NCBI GenBank assembly: GCA_021796335.1
Contig: JAJYHZ010000002.1
Location: 192,998 to 256,997, forward strand
Reading direction: 5' to 3'
From: a bacterium
Lineage (GTDB): Bacteria; Patescibacteriota; Minisyncoccia; UBA6257; UBA9933
DNA length: 64,000 bases
The translations under genes and the position numbers were made by a program. The notes beneath the pieces are model-generated. The model was not told the DNA's origin, did not search any database, and worked only from the letters and a program-made list of their open reading frames with translations. Positions 38,578-49,175 of this stretch are shown here, piece by piece. Numbering within the stretch: the first letter of the stretch is position 1; every line of letters begins with the position of its first letter.

Positions 38578-39627
38578 ATGAAAATTCTCGTTACAGGAGG
38601 CGCAGGATTTATTGGATCAAATTTTATTAGATACATCTTAAATAAATATAATGATGCACAAATTTTAAATTACGATGCGCTTACTTATTCTGGGAATTTA
38701 GAAAATTTAAAAGATATTAAAGAAAATGGAAGATATAAATTCGTTCAGGGAAATGTTGCAGATAAAAATTCCTTAGATGAAGTTTTTGCAGATTTTCAAC
38801 CAGATCTTGTTATTAATTTTGCAGCAGAAACCCATGTAGATAGAAGTATTCATGTTGGCGCAAAAGAATTTATTGATACAAATATTACAGGTGTTTTTAA
38901 TATTTTGGAAGCGGTCAAAAATGATTCGAATATTAAAAAATATGTTCAGGTTTCAACTGATGAAGTTTATGGGAGTTTGGATTTAGATTCAGAAAATGAG
39001 TTTTCAGAAGAAACTTCTTTTGCGCCAAACGTTCCTTATGCCGCAACTAAAGCAGGGGGAGATCTTTTGTGTAGGGCCTATAACCACACATTTGGAGTTC
39101 CTGTTGTTGTAACTCATTGCTCGAATAATTACGGGCCTTATCAATATCCAGAAAAACTAATTCCGTTTTTAATTTTGAGAATGTTAGAGGATAAAAAAAT
39201 TCCATTGTATGGAGATGGGGAAAATGTTAGGGATTGGATATATGTTTTAGATCATTGCAGTGCATTAGAATCTTGTTTATTTAATGGAAAATCTGGAGAA
39301 GTTTATAACATTGGAGGTGATAATGAATTGGCAAATGTTGAAATTGCAAAAAGAATTTTAAGATATTTTAACAGAGATGAATCATGGATTGAATATGTAA
39401 AAGACAGACCAGGACATGATCGAAGATATGCGATCGATTCTTCTAAAATACAGCAAGAATTGGGTTGGAAACCAAAATATAATTTTGAACAGGCTTTTGA
39501 TGAAACGGTCAAATGGTATTTGAATAATCCCGAATGGATCGATGGTGTTAGAAAAAAAACAGGCGTTTTTAATCCTCATATAGATTTATGGAAAGAACAT
39601 AAAAGTTTAGACGATAATAAAGTATGA
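38578..39627 (+). CDS. rfbB: dTDP-glucose 4,6-dehydratase
   Basis: GGAGFIGSNF, AAETHVDRSI, STDEVYG, DRPGHDRRY. Confidence 0.96.
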   Translation: MKILVTGGAGFIGSNFIRYILNKYNDAQILNYDALTYSGNLENLKDIKENGRYKFVQGNVADKNSLDEVFADFQPDLVINFAAETHVDRSIHVGAKEFIDTNITGVFNILEAVKNDSNIKKYVQVSTDEVYGSLDLDSENEFSEETSFAPNVPYAATKAGGDLLCRAYNHTFGVPVVVTHCSNNYGPYQYPEKLIPFLILRMLEDKKIPLYGDGENVRDWIYVLDHCSALESCLFNGKSGEVYNIGGDNELANVEIAKRILRYFNRDESWIEYVKDRPGHDRRYAIDSSKIQQELGWKPKYNFEQAFDETVKWYLNNPEWIDGVRKKTGVFNPHIDLWKEHKSLDDNKV

Positions 39628-40334
39628 AGGGTATTATTTTGGCGGGAGGAAATGGAACACGTTTAAGGCCATTGACTCTTATAACAAATAAGCATCTTTT
39701 GCCGGTTTATAATAAGCCGATGATTTTATATCCCTTAGAAACTTTAAGAAAATCGGGCATTGATGAAATTATGATAGTTTGCGGGAAAGAACATGCCGGA
39801 CATTTTATGAATTTTCTGAGTTCTGGGGAAAATTATGGAGTAAAATTATCTTATGCACTTCAGCATGATGCTGGGGGAATAGCTGAGGCATTGGGATTAG
39901 CAGAGGATTTTGCTGATAATGGTAAAATTGCAGTTATACTGGGGGACAATATTTTTGAAGATGATTTTTCGAATAATATTAAATCTTTTAGGAAACAAAA
40001 TGGAGCAAAGGTTTTTATAAAAAAAGTTACTGATCCGACTAGGTTTGGTATTGCAGTAATAAAAGAAGGGAAAATAATCAGTATTGAAGAGAAGCCTAAA
40101 AATCCTAAATCGAATTTTGCAACAGTCGGGTTTTATCTTTACGATTCCGATGTTTTTAAAAAAATTAAAAATCTAAAACCATCCAAAAGAGGGGAATTGG
40201 AAATAACGGATGTCCATAATATGTACATAAAAGAAAATAATTTATCCTATGGTGTTGTTAAGGGATTTTGGTCAGATGCCGGCACATTTGAATCTTTATT
40301 TAAGACCTCTAAGTGGGCACTATCTAGAAAATAA
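39624..40334 (+). CDS. rfbA: Glucose-1-phosphate thymidylyltransferase (short form)
   Basis: GIILAGGNGTRLRP, LGDNIF, EEKP, RGELEITD. Confidence 0.9.
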   Translation: MKGIILAGGNGTRLRPLTLITNKHLLPVYNKPMILYPLETLRKSGIDEIMIVCGKEHAGHFMNFLSSGENYGVKLSYALQHDAGGIAEALGLAEDFADNGKIAVILGDNIFEDDFSNNIKSFRKQNGAKVFIKKVTDPTRFGIAVIKEGKIISIEEKPKNPKSNFATVGFYLYDSDVFKKIKNLKPSKRGELEITDVHNMYIKENNLSYGVVKGFWSDAGTFESLFKTSKWALSRK

Positions 40335-40886
40335 ATGGCAGCTAATTTTATACAAACAAATTTTAGAGAATCTTTTATTATTGAACCCAAAGCTTTTGAA
40401 GACCATAGGGGTTATTTTATGGAGTCTTATAATATTAAAGATTTTCAAAACAAAGGGATTACTGATAAATTTATTCAGGAGAATTTTTCTTTTTCCCAGA
40501 AAAACGTTTTGAGGGGAATGCACTTCCAAAAATCACCTCATGAAACAAGCAAATTTATTCGTTGTGTGGAAGGGGAAATTTACAATGTTATGATAGATAT
40601 TCGCAAAAACTCGTCGACTTTTGGTAACTGGCAAGGGTTTTTCTTATCCAAAGAAAACAGAAAGATGCTTTACGTGCCTAAAGGATTTGCCAATGGATTT
40701 TGTGCCATAAGCAATGGAGCGGGAGTTGCTTATATGGTGGATGAGTTATATTATCCTGATTTTGCTGGAATTATTAGATGGGATGATCCTGATATTGGTA
40801 TTTCTTGGCCAGTCAAAAATCCAGTTCTTTCTGAACAAGACAAAAACGCTCCATTTTTAAAGGAAATTATTGATTTTCTAGGGTAA
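40335..40886 (+). CDS. rfbC: dTDP-4-dehydrorhamnose 3,5-epimerase
   Basis: DHRGYF, VLRGMHFQ, WDDPDIGISWP. Confidence 0.93.
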   Translation: MAANFIQTNFRESFIIEPKAFEDHRGYFMESYNIKDFQNKGITDKFIQENFSFSQKNVLRGMHFQKSPHETSKFIRCVEGEIYNVMIDIRKNSSTFGNWQGFFLSKENRKMLYVPKGFANGFCAISNGAGVAYMVDELYYPDFAGIIRWDDPDIGISWPVKNPVLSEQDKNAPFLKEIIDFLG

Positions 40887-40903
40887 GTTGCTTATTCTAA
40901 AAT

Positions 40904-41731
40904 ATGGATTTTTCAAAAACCTTAATTACTGGTGGCGATGGGATGGTCGGCAGCTATGTCGATTTTGGTGTTAAAACAAATAAAAGATCTCTAGATATAA
41001 CAGATTTAAAAGAAGTCTTACTTGTGGTAAATAAATATAAACCTAAAGCCATATTACATTTAGCGGCAGAGACCGATGTTGATCGCTGTGAGCGTGATCC
41101 ACAATTTGCTTATTTTATAAATTCAATCGGAACTTATAATATTGCTTTAGCTGCCAAGCAGATTGGGGCAAAACTGGTTTATGTATCTACAAATGCTATC
41201 TTTGATGGAAAGAAAAAAACTCCTTACCAAGAAAATGATGCACCCAATCCGCAAAATTATTATGGTCATTCTAAATTTTTGGGAGAAGCAGCAATAAAAG
41301 AATTATTAGAGGACTACCTCATTGTTAGAGCTTCTTGGATGTTTGGTGGAGGGCCAGCAAAAGATCAAAAGTTTGTTGCAAAAATTATCAATCAAATAAA
41401 AAATCCAGAAATTAAAGAAATTAAAGCAGTCACAGATCAAATAGGTGCCCCTACTTCTGGGAAAGATTTGGTAAAAGGAATAAAATTTCTTTTAGAAAAA
41501 GATGAGAAAGGAATTTTTAATTTGCCAAATTCTGGAATAGCTTCAAGGTATGATGTCGCTAAATTTATAATAAATACATTAAGACCAGAAGTTAATGTGA
41601 TTCCCGTGGATTCTTCTTATTTTAATTTAGATGCTAAGAGAATTGGGAATGACGGTTTAATATCAAAAATTAATATAATGCGTTCATGGCAGGATGCTAT
41701 GGCAGAATATTTAAAAGAAGAATGGATTTAA
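40904..41731 (+). CDS. rfbD: dTDP-4-dehydrorhamnose reductase
   Basis: GGDGMVG, AAETDVDRCE, YGHSK, DQIGAPT. Confidence 0.88.
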   Translation: MDFSKTLITGGDGMVGSYVDFGVKTNKRSLDITDLKEVLLVVNKYKPKAILHLAAETDVDRCERDPQFAYFINSIGTYNIALAAKQIGAKLVYVSTNAIFDGKKKTPYQENDAPNPQNYYGHSKFLGEAAIKELLEDYLIVRASWMFGGGPAKDQKFVAKIINQIKNPEIKEIKAVTDQIGAPTSGKDLVKGIKFLLEKDEKGIFNLPNSGIASRYDVAKFIINTLRPEVNVIPVDSSYFNLDAKRIGNDGLISKINIMRSWQDAMAEYLKEEWI

Positions 41732-41748
41732 AATAATTAATCAAAGCT

Positions 41749-42981
41749 ATGAAAGAAGAATTTGTTCATAATAATAAATGTAAAAGTTGCGATGGTGTTA
41801 ATTTAGTGAAGTTTTTGGATTTGGGATCTATGCCTCCAGCCAATGCTTTTTTACCTAAAGATGAACTGAATAATGCCGAAGATAAATTTCCTTTGGCTGT
41901 TTATTTTTGTCAGGATTGTGCCATGGTCCAACTTTTGGATGTTGTTGACCAAGATATTCTTTTTGGCCGCTATAACTATTTAACATCAGCTAGTAAACCA
42001 TTGGTGGATCATTTTATCCAAATGGGGAATGAATTAGTAAATAAATTCATTAAATCCAGAGATGATTTAGTGGTTGAGATTGGAGGAAATGATGGGGTAT
42101 TAGTTGGTGCTATTAAAGATAAATGCAGAGTTTTAAATGTGGAACCTGCAAGCAATATTGCGGAAATTTCTAGAGAAAAGGGGATAGAGACCATTAATAA
42201 ATTTTTCAATAAAGATTTAGTGGAGGAAATTTTGAAGAAATATGGCAATGCTAAAGTTATTGTCGCCAATAATGTTATGGCTCATATAGATGATTTAAAG
42301 AGCGTATTTGAAGGCATAAAAATTTTAATTGGAGGGGATGGGGTTTTTGTGTTTGAAGTTCACTGGGTTGGTAATTTGTTGGGCGAAGGCGGATTTGATC
42401 AAATTTATCATGAGCATCTTTATTACCACTCTTTAATTTCTTTGAGGAATTTTGTAAAGCAATTTGGTTTGAATATTTTTGATATTGAAACGGTCCCTAT
42501 ACATGGCGAATCAATGCGAGTTTATGTAAGTAAAAATATGCCAATAAGTGAAAATGTTGAAAAATTTTTAACAAAGGAAAAACAACTCGGACTTGATAGA
42601 GCGGAAACATTTTTAAATTTTTCAAAAAAAGTTGAAGATAATAAAATAAGATTAAAATCGATTCTTAACGAATTAAAAAAAGAAAATAAAAAAATAATTG
42701 GCTATGGTGCGCCCGCAAAAGGCAATACATTACTTAATTATTTTGAAATAGACAGCACTATTTTAGGTTACATAATTGATACAACGCCTCTAAAACAAGG
42801 AATGTACACGCCTGGAACACATATTATCGTGAGTTCGCCAGATAGAATAAAAGAAGAATTACCGGATTACATTTTGCTTTTAGCTTGGAATTATGCAGAT
42901 GCTATTTTAAATAAAGAAAAAGAATTGCGAGAAAGAGGCGTGAAATTTATTATCCCCGTGCCTGAAGCAAAAATTGTGTAA
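41749..42981 (+). CDS. NDP-hexose C-methyltransferase family protein
   Basis: N-terminal CxxC/CxxC Zn site, EIGGNDG, FDQIYHEH, GYGAPAKGNT, LLAWNY. Confidence 0.85.
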   Translation: MKEEFVHNNKCKSCDGVNLVKFLDLGSMPPANAFLPKDELNNAEDKFPLAVYFCQDCAMVQLLDVVDQDILFGRYNYLTSASKPLVDHFIQMGNELVNKFIKSRDDLVVEIGGNDGVLVGAIKDKCRVLNVEPASNIAEISREKGIETINKFFNKDLVEEILKKYGNAKVIVANNVMAHIDDLKSVFEGIKILIGGDGVFVFEVHWVGNLLGEGGFDQIYHEHLYYHSLISLRNFVKQFGLNIFDIETVPIHGESMRVYVSKNMPISENVEKFLTKEKQLGLDRAETFLNFSKKVEDNKIRLKSILNELKKENKKIIGYGAPAKGNTLLNYFEIDSTILGYIIDTTPLKQGMYTPGTHIIVSSPDRIKEELPDYILLLAWNYADAILNKEKELRERGVKFIIPVPEAKIV

Positions 42982-43026
42982 TTTTTATCTATTGCTTCAA
43001 GCAAGATTTCTTTAACTATCATAATT

Positions 43027-43977
43027 ATGAAGAGTATTTGTAATATTTGTAAACATGACGATGCAAGGCTAATTTTTTATACAAAGGATAATCGTTATAA
43101 TCCAAAAAATAATAAAAAATTTCGTCTTATACAATGTCTTAACTGTGGGTTGGTTTATATAAATCCTTTACCGGATGATTCCGCTATTAAAGATTCTTAT
43201 GGATTTAATTATTTTAAATTAAAGGATGGATCTAAACCAAAAGGAAGAATAATTCAGATTTTAAAATTCATTAAAAAAAAATTCTCTCTAAACATTTATC
43301 CTACCTACAAATTTTATAGACTTAAAAATAAATTTTTCAGTAATAATTCCGGGAAATTTCTTGATGTCGGATGTGCTACGGGATTATTAGATGAATTTCT
43401 AATAAAAGAATTTCCTAGGTGGAAATTTTTCGGAATTGAGCCTAGTGAGGGAGCTTTTAAAAGAGCTTCACGAGTGAATGAATTTAAAGTTTTTAAAGGT
43501 GCTTTAGAAGACGCGAAATATCCATCCGATTATTTCGATATTATTTTAATAAATCAAGTTTTAGAACATGTTTATGATCCTGCCTCAGTAATAAATAAAT
43601 GTTCTCACATTTTAAAGTCGACCGGGAAATTAATTATTGCTGTCCCAGATTTTAATTCTTTCAGCTCTAAAATCTTTGGTAAATATTGGTATCATCTCGA
43701 TGTTCCCAGGCATTTATATCACTTTAATATAAAATCGTTAGAACTGATCCTTGAAAGGAATGGATTTCTTATTCAGAAGAAAGAGAAAGAATCTTTACCC
43801 GGATCTTTTGTAAAAAGCATTTTTCTTTTATTCGGTTCAAACCCTGATTCATTAGATAGTTCGTATGCATGGGTTGCAGTTAAAATTTTATTTAACCCTA
43901 TTTTAAATTTTTTGAATATCTTATTTGAAAAATTTGGTATTTCCAATGGAATTTTTATTATTGCAATAAAGAATTAA
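43027..43977 (+). CDS. Class I SAM methyltransferase with N-terminal Zn finger
   Basis: CNIC...CLNCG, LDVGCATG, VLEH, VPRHLYHF. Confidence 0.85.
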   Translation: MKSICNICKHDDARLIFYTKDNRYNPKNNKKFRLIQCLNCGLVYINPLPDDSAIKDSYGFNYFKLKDGSKPKGRIIQILKFIKKKFSLNIYPTYKFYRLKNKFFSNNSGKFLDVGCATGLLDEFLIKEFPRWKFFGIEPSEGAFKRASRVNEFKVFKGALEDAKYPSDYFDIILINQVLEHVYDPASVINKCSHILKSTGKLIIAVPDFNSFSSKIFGKYWYHLDVPRHLYHFNIKSLELILERNGFLIQKKEKESLPGSFVKSIFLLFGSNPDSLDSSYAWVAVKILFNPILNFLNILFEKFGISNGIFIIAIKN

Positions 43978-43979
43978 TT

Positions 43980-44915
43980 ATGCCTAAAGTTTTTATTCTG
44001 ATTTTACATTGGCAAAAATATGATATTACGAGGGAATGTCTAGAATCATTTAAAAAATTAGATTATCCAAATTATAAGATTGTGGTTTTAGACAATGCAT
44101 CATCTAATGATTCGGCGCGCAGATTAGAACAAGAATTTCCACAGAACTTATTTATTTTCAATAAAGAAAACAAAGGCTATGGGGCGGGTATGAATCCAGG
44201 AATAAAATATGCTTTGGATAACGGTGCAGATTATATTTTTCTTTTAAATAACGATGTCATTGTTAGCAAAAATGATTTTTTAGTTAGACTGATTAACTTG
44301 ATGGAAAGTAATAAAAAGGTCGGTATTGCTGGCCCTAAATTATTATTTAGAGATATGACATATCAAAGATCTTATAGAAATTATTTCTTTTCCATAGCTC
44401 TTGGATTCTGGGCACCTGAAAAAGTGTTTATTTTTTTTAGAAAGATATTTGGCATACTTCCAAAAGACAATATTACTCACAAAGTTGATTGGCTAAATGC
44501 TGTTGCTTTGTTATTTAAAAGAGAAGTGTTTGAAAAAATTGGTTTGATGGATGAAAGATTTTTTTTGGGCGCTGAAGATGTCGATTTATCATTAAGCGCT
44601 AAAAATAAAGGATGGGAGACTTGGTATTGTGCTGAGTCAGAGTTAGTGCACTTAAGTTTTGTCAGTCACGACAATGAAGGCGGTGCCGGATATGATAAAT
44701 ATTGGATAGAGAGTACAATATTATTTTTAGAAAAACATTACTCTAAGATTACAGTTTTCGTAATAAGATTTTTAATTGTTTTAGGTTTATTTTTGAGAGG
44801 GCTGCAGTGGTCAATTCTTGGATTATTTAATCAATCTTATTTTTTAAGAGCAAAAAATTTTTTTAGAATAAGCTACTTTTCATTGATTATTAGACCTAGA
44901 TTTGCCAATAAATGA
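43980..44915 (+). CDS. Glycosyltransferase family 2 (rhamnosyltransferase-like)
   Basis: DNAS, LLNND, DERFFLGAEDVD. Confidence 0.88.
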   Translation: MPKVFILILHWQKYDITRECLESFKKLDYPNYKIVVLDNASSNDSARRLEQEFPQNLFIFNKENKGYGAGMNPGIKYALDNGADYIFLLNNDVIVSKNDFLVRLINLMESNKKVGIAGPKLLFRDMTYQRSYRNYFFSIALGFWAPEKVFIFFRKIFGILPKDNITHKVDWLNAVALLFKREVFEKIGLMDERFFLGAEDVDLSLSAKNKGWETWYCAESELVHLSFVSHDNEGGAGYDKYWIESTILFLEKHYSKITVFVIRFLIVLGLFLRGLQWSILGLFNQSYFLRAKNFFRISYFSLIIRPRFANK

Positions 44916-45814
44916 TTATGAATCCTTTAGTATCTATATTGGTTTTAAATTGGAATAATTTTGATGACACTAATAATTGTGTGACTTCATTATTATCACT
45001 AAATTATAACAATTTTAATATTTTAATTATTGATAATGGTTCTACCGACAATTCTTTTATAAGACTAAAAAATAAATTCCGCGATGAGAGAATCATTTTT
45101 TTAAAAAATAAAGAAAATTTTGGTTATGCTGGAGGTATAAATATAGGCATAAAGTATGTTTTTGAAAAATTATCTTCCGATTTCATTTGGATTCTAAATA
45201 ACGATATTATGGTTGATAAAGATTCTTTAAAATTTTTAATCGATGCTGTAAATAAAAATAAGAAAATTGGTATTGCTGGTCCAACGATTTATTTGGCTGG
45301 AACTAAAAAAATAATGGAACAATATTATCGTTTAAATTTACTTTTTGGACGTTTTTTGGTTAAAACCAATCTTAATGAGAATGAAGTAGTTAAAATAGAA
45401 AATAAAAAAAATAATTACATAGGAGGAGCCGCTGTTTTTTTACGAAAGGAAATTCTAAATAAAATTGGCTATATTCCCGAAGAATATTTTATGTATAATG
45501 AGGATATAGCATGGCATCAAAAAATAAAAAATACTCAATTAGAATATTTATATGTTGGTCCAGCAAAGGTATGGCATAAAAAAGGCGCTTCTAGCGGTGG
45601 GAAAAAAACTATAATGCCTGATTATTATGACTCCAGAAATTTTCTTTATTTTATAAAAAAATTTTATCCGCTTTGGTTGCCTTATGAATTTTTTATGTCA
45701 ATTATTAATAAGGTCTTTCCCAAAGTGTTAAGAGGAGAATGGGAAAGACTCAGATATGTTTTTATGGGATTTAGAGACTTTGCAAAAGGTAAAATGGGAA
45801 AATTCGAAAATTAA
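44912..45814 (+). CDS. Glycosyltransferase family 2
   Basis: LNWN, DNGSTD, ILNND, YFMYNED. Confidence 0.88.
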   Translation: MIMNPLVSILVLNWNNFDDTNNCVTSLLSLNYNNFNILIIDNGSTDNSFIRLKNKFRDERIIFLKNKENFGYAGGINIGIKYVFEKLSSDFIWILNNDIMVDKDSLKFLIDAVNKNKKIGIAGPTIYLAGTKKIMEQYYRLNLLFGRFLVKTNLNENEVVKIENKKNNYIGGAAVFLRKEILNKIGYIPEEYFMYNEDIAWHQKIKNTQLEYLYVGPAKVWHKKGASSGGKKTIMPDYYDSRNFLYFIKKFYPLWLPYEFFMSIINKVFPKVLRGEWERLRYVFMGFRDFAKGKMGKFEN

Positions 45815-45816
45815 CT

Positions 45817-46614
45817 ATGCCAAAGGTTTCGATAATAACCCCCTTTTATAAAGGAGAAAAATATATTGGTAGGGCTATTGAAAGTATTTTAAATCAAAAT
45901 TATAAAGATTTTGAATATCTTATCGTTGATGATGGGTCAAAAACTAATTTTAATAATTATCTAACTAATAAATATGGAGGCAAAATTATTTATATAGAAA
46001 AAAGCAATGGTGGTCAGGCTTCGGCAGTAAATGTTGGGATAAAAAAAGCAAGGGGGGAATTTATTGCTTTCTGTGATCAAGATGATTGGTATTTGGATGA
46101 TAAATTATTAAAACAAGTCAATTTTTTAAAAAGCCATCCCGAAATTGCTATGGTTTATTCTGATGTCTTAATGGGAGATGAGAATGGTAAAATACTTGAT
46201 AAAACATGGATGCAATCTAGAAAAGTACGATTTTGCAGTGGAGGTTATGCCGATTGTGCGGCCAAATTATTTAAAAGGAATTTTATTCCCGCACCTTTGG
46301 CAGTTATGATTAGGAAATCTATTTTTGATCAAATAGGTTTATTTAATGAAAAATTTTCTAGCGCTTATGATTATGATTTTTGGTTTAGAATTCTAGAAGC
46401 CGGAATGCGTATTGGGAATATGGAAAATAAGTCAGCTGTTTGGAGAACTCATAGCGGCCAAGAAAGCAGGAATATAAAAAAGGCTAAAATAATGCAAATT
46501 GGAATTTTAAGAAGTTTTTTAAAGAGAAATCCAAAATTTGTATTAAACCACCCATTTTTAACTGCCTATAAAATCGTAAAATCATATATCGCTTTAATAT
46601 TCAGTTTGATATGA
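45817..46614 (+). CDS. Glycosyltransferase family 2
   Basis: VDDGS, FCDQDD, DYDFW. Confidence 0.88.
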   Translation: MPKVSIITPFYKGEKYIGRAIESILNQNYKDFEYLIVDDGSKTNFNNYLTNKYGGKIIYIEKSNGGQASAVNVGIKKARGEFIAFCDQDDWYLDDKLLKQVNFLKSHPEIAMVYSDVLMGDENGKILDKTWMQSRKVRFCSGGYADCAAKLFKRNFIPAPLAVMIRKSIFDQIGLFNEKFSSAYDYDFWFRILEAGMRIGNMENKSAVWRTHSGQESRNIKKAKIMQIGILRSFLKRNPKFVLNHPFLTAYKIVKSYIALIFSLI

Positions 46615-46713
46615 ATCTATGTTTAAAAAAAAGTATATAAATTTAATAAGGAAATTTGTTGGCAATATAGAAAGAGAAAGAGTGGGGTGGCAGAAAAATT
46701 TATTTTAATAAAT

Positions 46714-47832
46714 ATGAGGATAGGAATTAATTTAATTCAATATAGGGGATTACATGGTATTGAGGCTTTTGCTCGAGAAATTATCGAAAAATTGATTTTA
46801 TTGGATAAAGATGATGAATTCATCCTTTTTACGAATCAAAATTCTTCAGTTATTTTTAAATTTAGTGGTTCAAATGTAAAAATAATTGAAGAAAAATTTA
46901 AAAATTTTTCTAGATTTAATTTAATTTTATATCAACAAATCTTGTTGCCTCGGATACTAAAAAGAGAAAAAATTGATTTGCTTTATTGCCCATCTGTAGC
47001 TATGCCAATTTTTTATAAAAATAAAATTGTTACTATCCATGATTGTGCAGCTTTTAAATTCAAGAACGAGGTGGGGTTCTCATCAAGAATTTATCTTAAA
47101 ATGGCATTTTGGTCCGCTAAAAATTTTAGTAAAAAAATTGTAACAATTTCCGAATTTTCAAAAAATGAGTTGATAAATGATTATAAAGTTAATCCAGATT
47201 TAATTAGTGTTATCTCTGAAGGAGTTGCGCGAATTCCAGACGTTTCTCTGGATTTTATTGAAAAAACAAAAGAAAAATTTAAAATAGAAAATCCATATTT
47301 TTTTTATTTAGGAAACATTCATTATCGAAAAAATTTAATTGGTTTGTTGGAATCTTTTAAAAAATTTAAAGAAAATCATAACGAATTTTATTTGGTTTTT
47401 GGAGGAAGGATAAATAGTTGTTTTATTAATATTCGGGAAGAAGCGAAGAGATTAAATATTAGTAATAGTTTAATTCAGACGGGGTTTATTTCAGATGAAG
47501 AAAAAGTGGCATTATATAAAGGTGCAATCGCCCATGTCTTTCCTTCTTTTTATGAGGGATTTGGACTTTCTATTTTGGAGGCACAGTCTTTGGGTGTCCC
47601 GGTTTTGACTTCAAACATAACTTCAATGCCGGAAGTGGCTGGGAAAGGGGCCTTATTTGTTAACCCTTATAGTATAGAGGAAATTGCAAGTGGTTTGGAA
47701 GAAATCGTTTTTAATAAAGAATTGAGAAAAAAAATAATAAATAGAGGATTTGAAAATGTAAAAAGATTTTCTTGGGAATTTACTGCAAGGAAAATGATTA
47801 ACATTTTTGAAATTTTTAATAATTACGAATGA
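46714..47832 (+). CDS. Glycosyltransferase family 4
   Basis: TIHD, RKNL, PSFYEGFGLSILEA; start taken at MRIGIN. Confidence 0.9.
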   Translation: MRIGINLIQYRGLHGIEAFAREIIEKLILLDKDDEFILFTNQNSSVIFKFSGSNVKIIEEKFKNFSRFNLILYQQILLPRILKREKIDLLYCPSVAMPIFYKNKIVTIHDCAAFKFKNEVGFSSRIYLKMAFWSAKNFSKKIVTISEFSKNELINDYKVNPDLISVISEGVARIPDVSLDFIEKTKEKFKIENPYFFYLGNIHYRKNLIGLLESFKKFKENHNEFYLVFGGRINSCFINIREEAKRLNISNSLIQTGFISDEEKVALYKGAIAHVFPSFYEGFGLSILEAQSLGVPVLTSNITSMPEVAGKGALFVNPYSIEEIASGLEEIVFNKELRKKIINRGFENVKRFSWEFTARKMINIFEIFNNYE

Positions 47833-47867
47833 ATTCGATAGTTTAATTTCGTTTCAAATAAAAATAA

Positions 47868-49088
47868 ATGTCAATGCTTAAAAAATATAAAAAATTATTT
47901 CAAAAGTTTTTGGGGAATATTTATAGAAAAAGTTTGGAATGGCAACGTAATCTAATTAAGGCATTGAAGTTTTTTTATTTATTGGCAATGTTTCCGATTG
48001 AAATAGTCGGGGATATTTTATTTTTAGGGAAAAGGTTTAAAAAAGGGAAGATACATAATCCTAAGAGAATTTTAATCGTAAAAATCGACCAGTTTGGGGA
48101 TGTTCTTTTTTCGACCTTTATGTTGCCCTTGATTAAAGAAAAATATCCGGAGGCGCAAATAGATTACCTTATAAATCCGAAAACGGAATTTGTCATTAAA
48201 AATAATCCCCATATTTCCAATATTTATTATTGGGAAGATCCATTTTTGCATTTTCTTTTGGGCAGAGAAAAAAGCAATAAGCCGCCGATTTGGAAAATTT
48301 TAAAAAGGGATTTTGATTTGGTTAAAACAATAAGAAAAGAAAATTACGATGCGGTTATAAATACACGCGCTTATTCCCCCAGCACGAATATTTTTTGGAA
48401 ATTATTAAGGCCGAAAAATTTAATCGCTTTTGACATTGCGGAACAAAGCTTTTTGGCGGATTTTTGGGTTGATTACGATTTATATGACGAAGAATGGAGG
48501 AATTATTTAAATCTGTTGTTGCCTTTGGGAATAAATAAAAGTAAGGCAGAATTTAAACCGGGATTCTTTAATTTTAATGAAAAAGAATTTATGGAAAAAC
48601 TTCCCGGGTTAAATAAAAAATTTATTGTGATTTCGCCAGTTTCTTTTGACAAAGAAAGGAATTGGCCAGTGGAAAGATGGAAAGAGGTTATTGATTTTTT
48701 AACAGAAAGAAATTATCAAGTGGTTTTAACGGGGCTTAAATCGCAGGAAAATTATCTTTTAAGTATTTCTGCGGCAGTTGCTTCGCCAAATCTATTTATC
48801 ATTTCAGATATTTCAATTCCGGGATTGGGCAGTGTTTTTAACAATGCCGAATTTTTTATTGGAATTGATTCTTTTCCAGCTCATTTAGCCTTGGCTCTAA
48901 ATAAACCAATAATTTGTTTTGTTAACGAGCAAATTTATTTTCTAAAGAACTTTTCTCAAAAGAAATTTTATATGGACGCGAGGTGTATGATCCCTTTAGT
49001 TGATAAGGTAAAAATTGTTCCAACAACAAATAGCACAAGCGAATATGTTATTTCGTTGGCAGAGGAGTTGATTGGCGGGGAGATGTAA
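47868..49088 (+). CDS. Glycosyltransferase family 9 (heptosyltransferase-like)
   Basis: DQFGDV, RNWPVERW, IGIDSFPAHLA. Confidence 0.85.
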   Translation: MSMLKKYKKLFQKFLGNIYRKSLEWQRNLIKALKFFYLLAMFPIEIVGDILFLGKRFKKGKIHNPKRILIVKIDQFGDVLFSTFMLPLIKEKYPEAQIDYLINPKTEFVIKNNPHISNIYYWEDPFLHFLLGREKSNKPPIWKILKRDFDLVKTIRKENYDAVINTRAYSPSTNIFWKLLRPKNLIAFDIAEQSFLADFWVDYDLYDEEWRNYLNLLLPLGINKSKAEFKPGFFNFNEKEFMEKLPGLNKKFIVISPVSFDKERNWPVERWKEVIDFLTERNYQVVLTGLKSQENYLLSISAAVASPNLFIISDISIPGLGSVFNNAEFFIGIDSFPAHLALALNKPIICFVNEQIYFLKNFSQKKFYMDARCMIPLVDKVKIVPTTNSTSEYVISLAEELIGGEM

Positions 49089-49096
49089 AGGAAACA

Positions 49097-49155
49097 GATT
49101 CTTCGTCCGCCGGCTGGGCGGATTCAGGATGACAAGGAGGCGGATCAGGATAACA
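49097..49155. repeat. REP-like element between convergent genes
   Basis: GATTCTTCGTCCGCC...GGCGGATTCAGGATGAC plus a partial second copy. Confidence 0.55.
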
Positions 49156-49175
49156 GAAACTAATAGCGAATGGCG

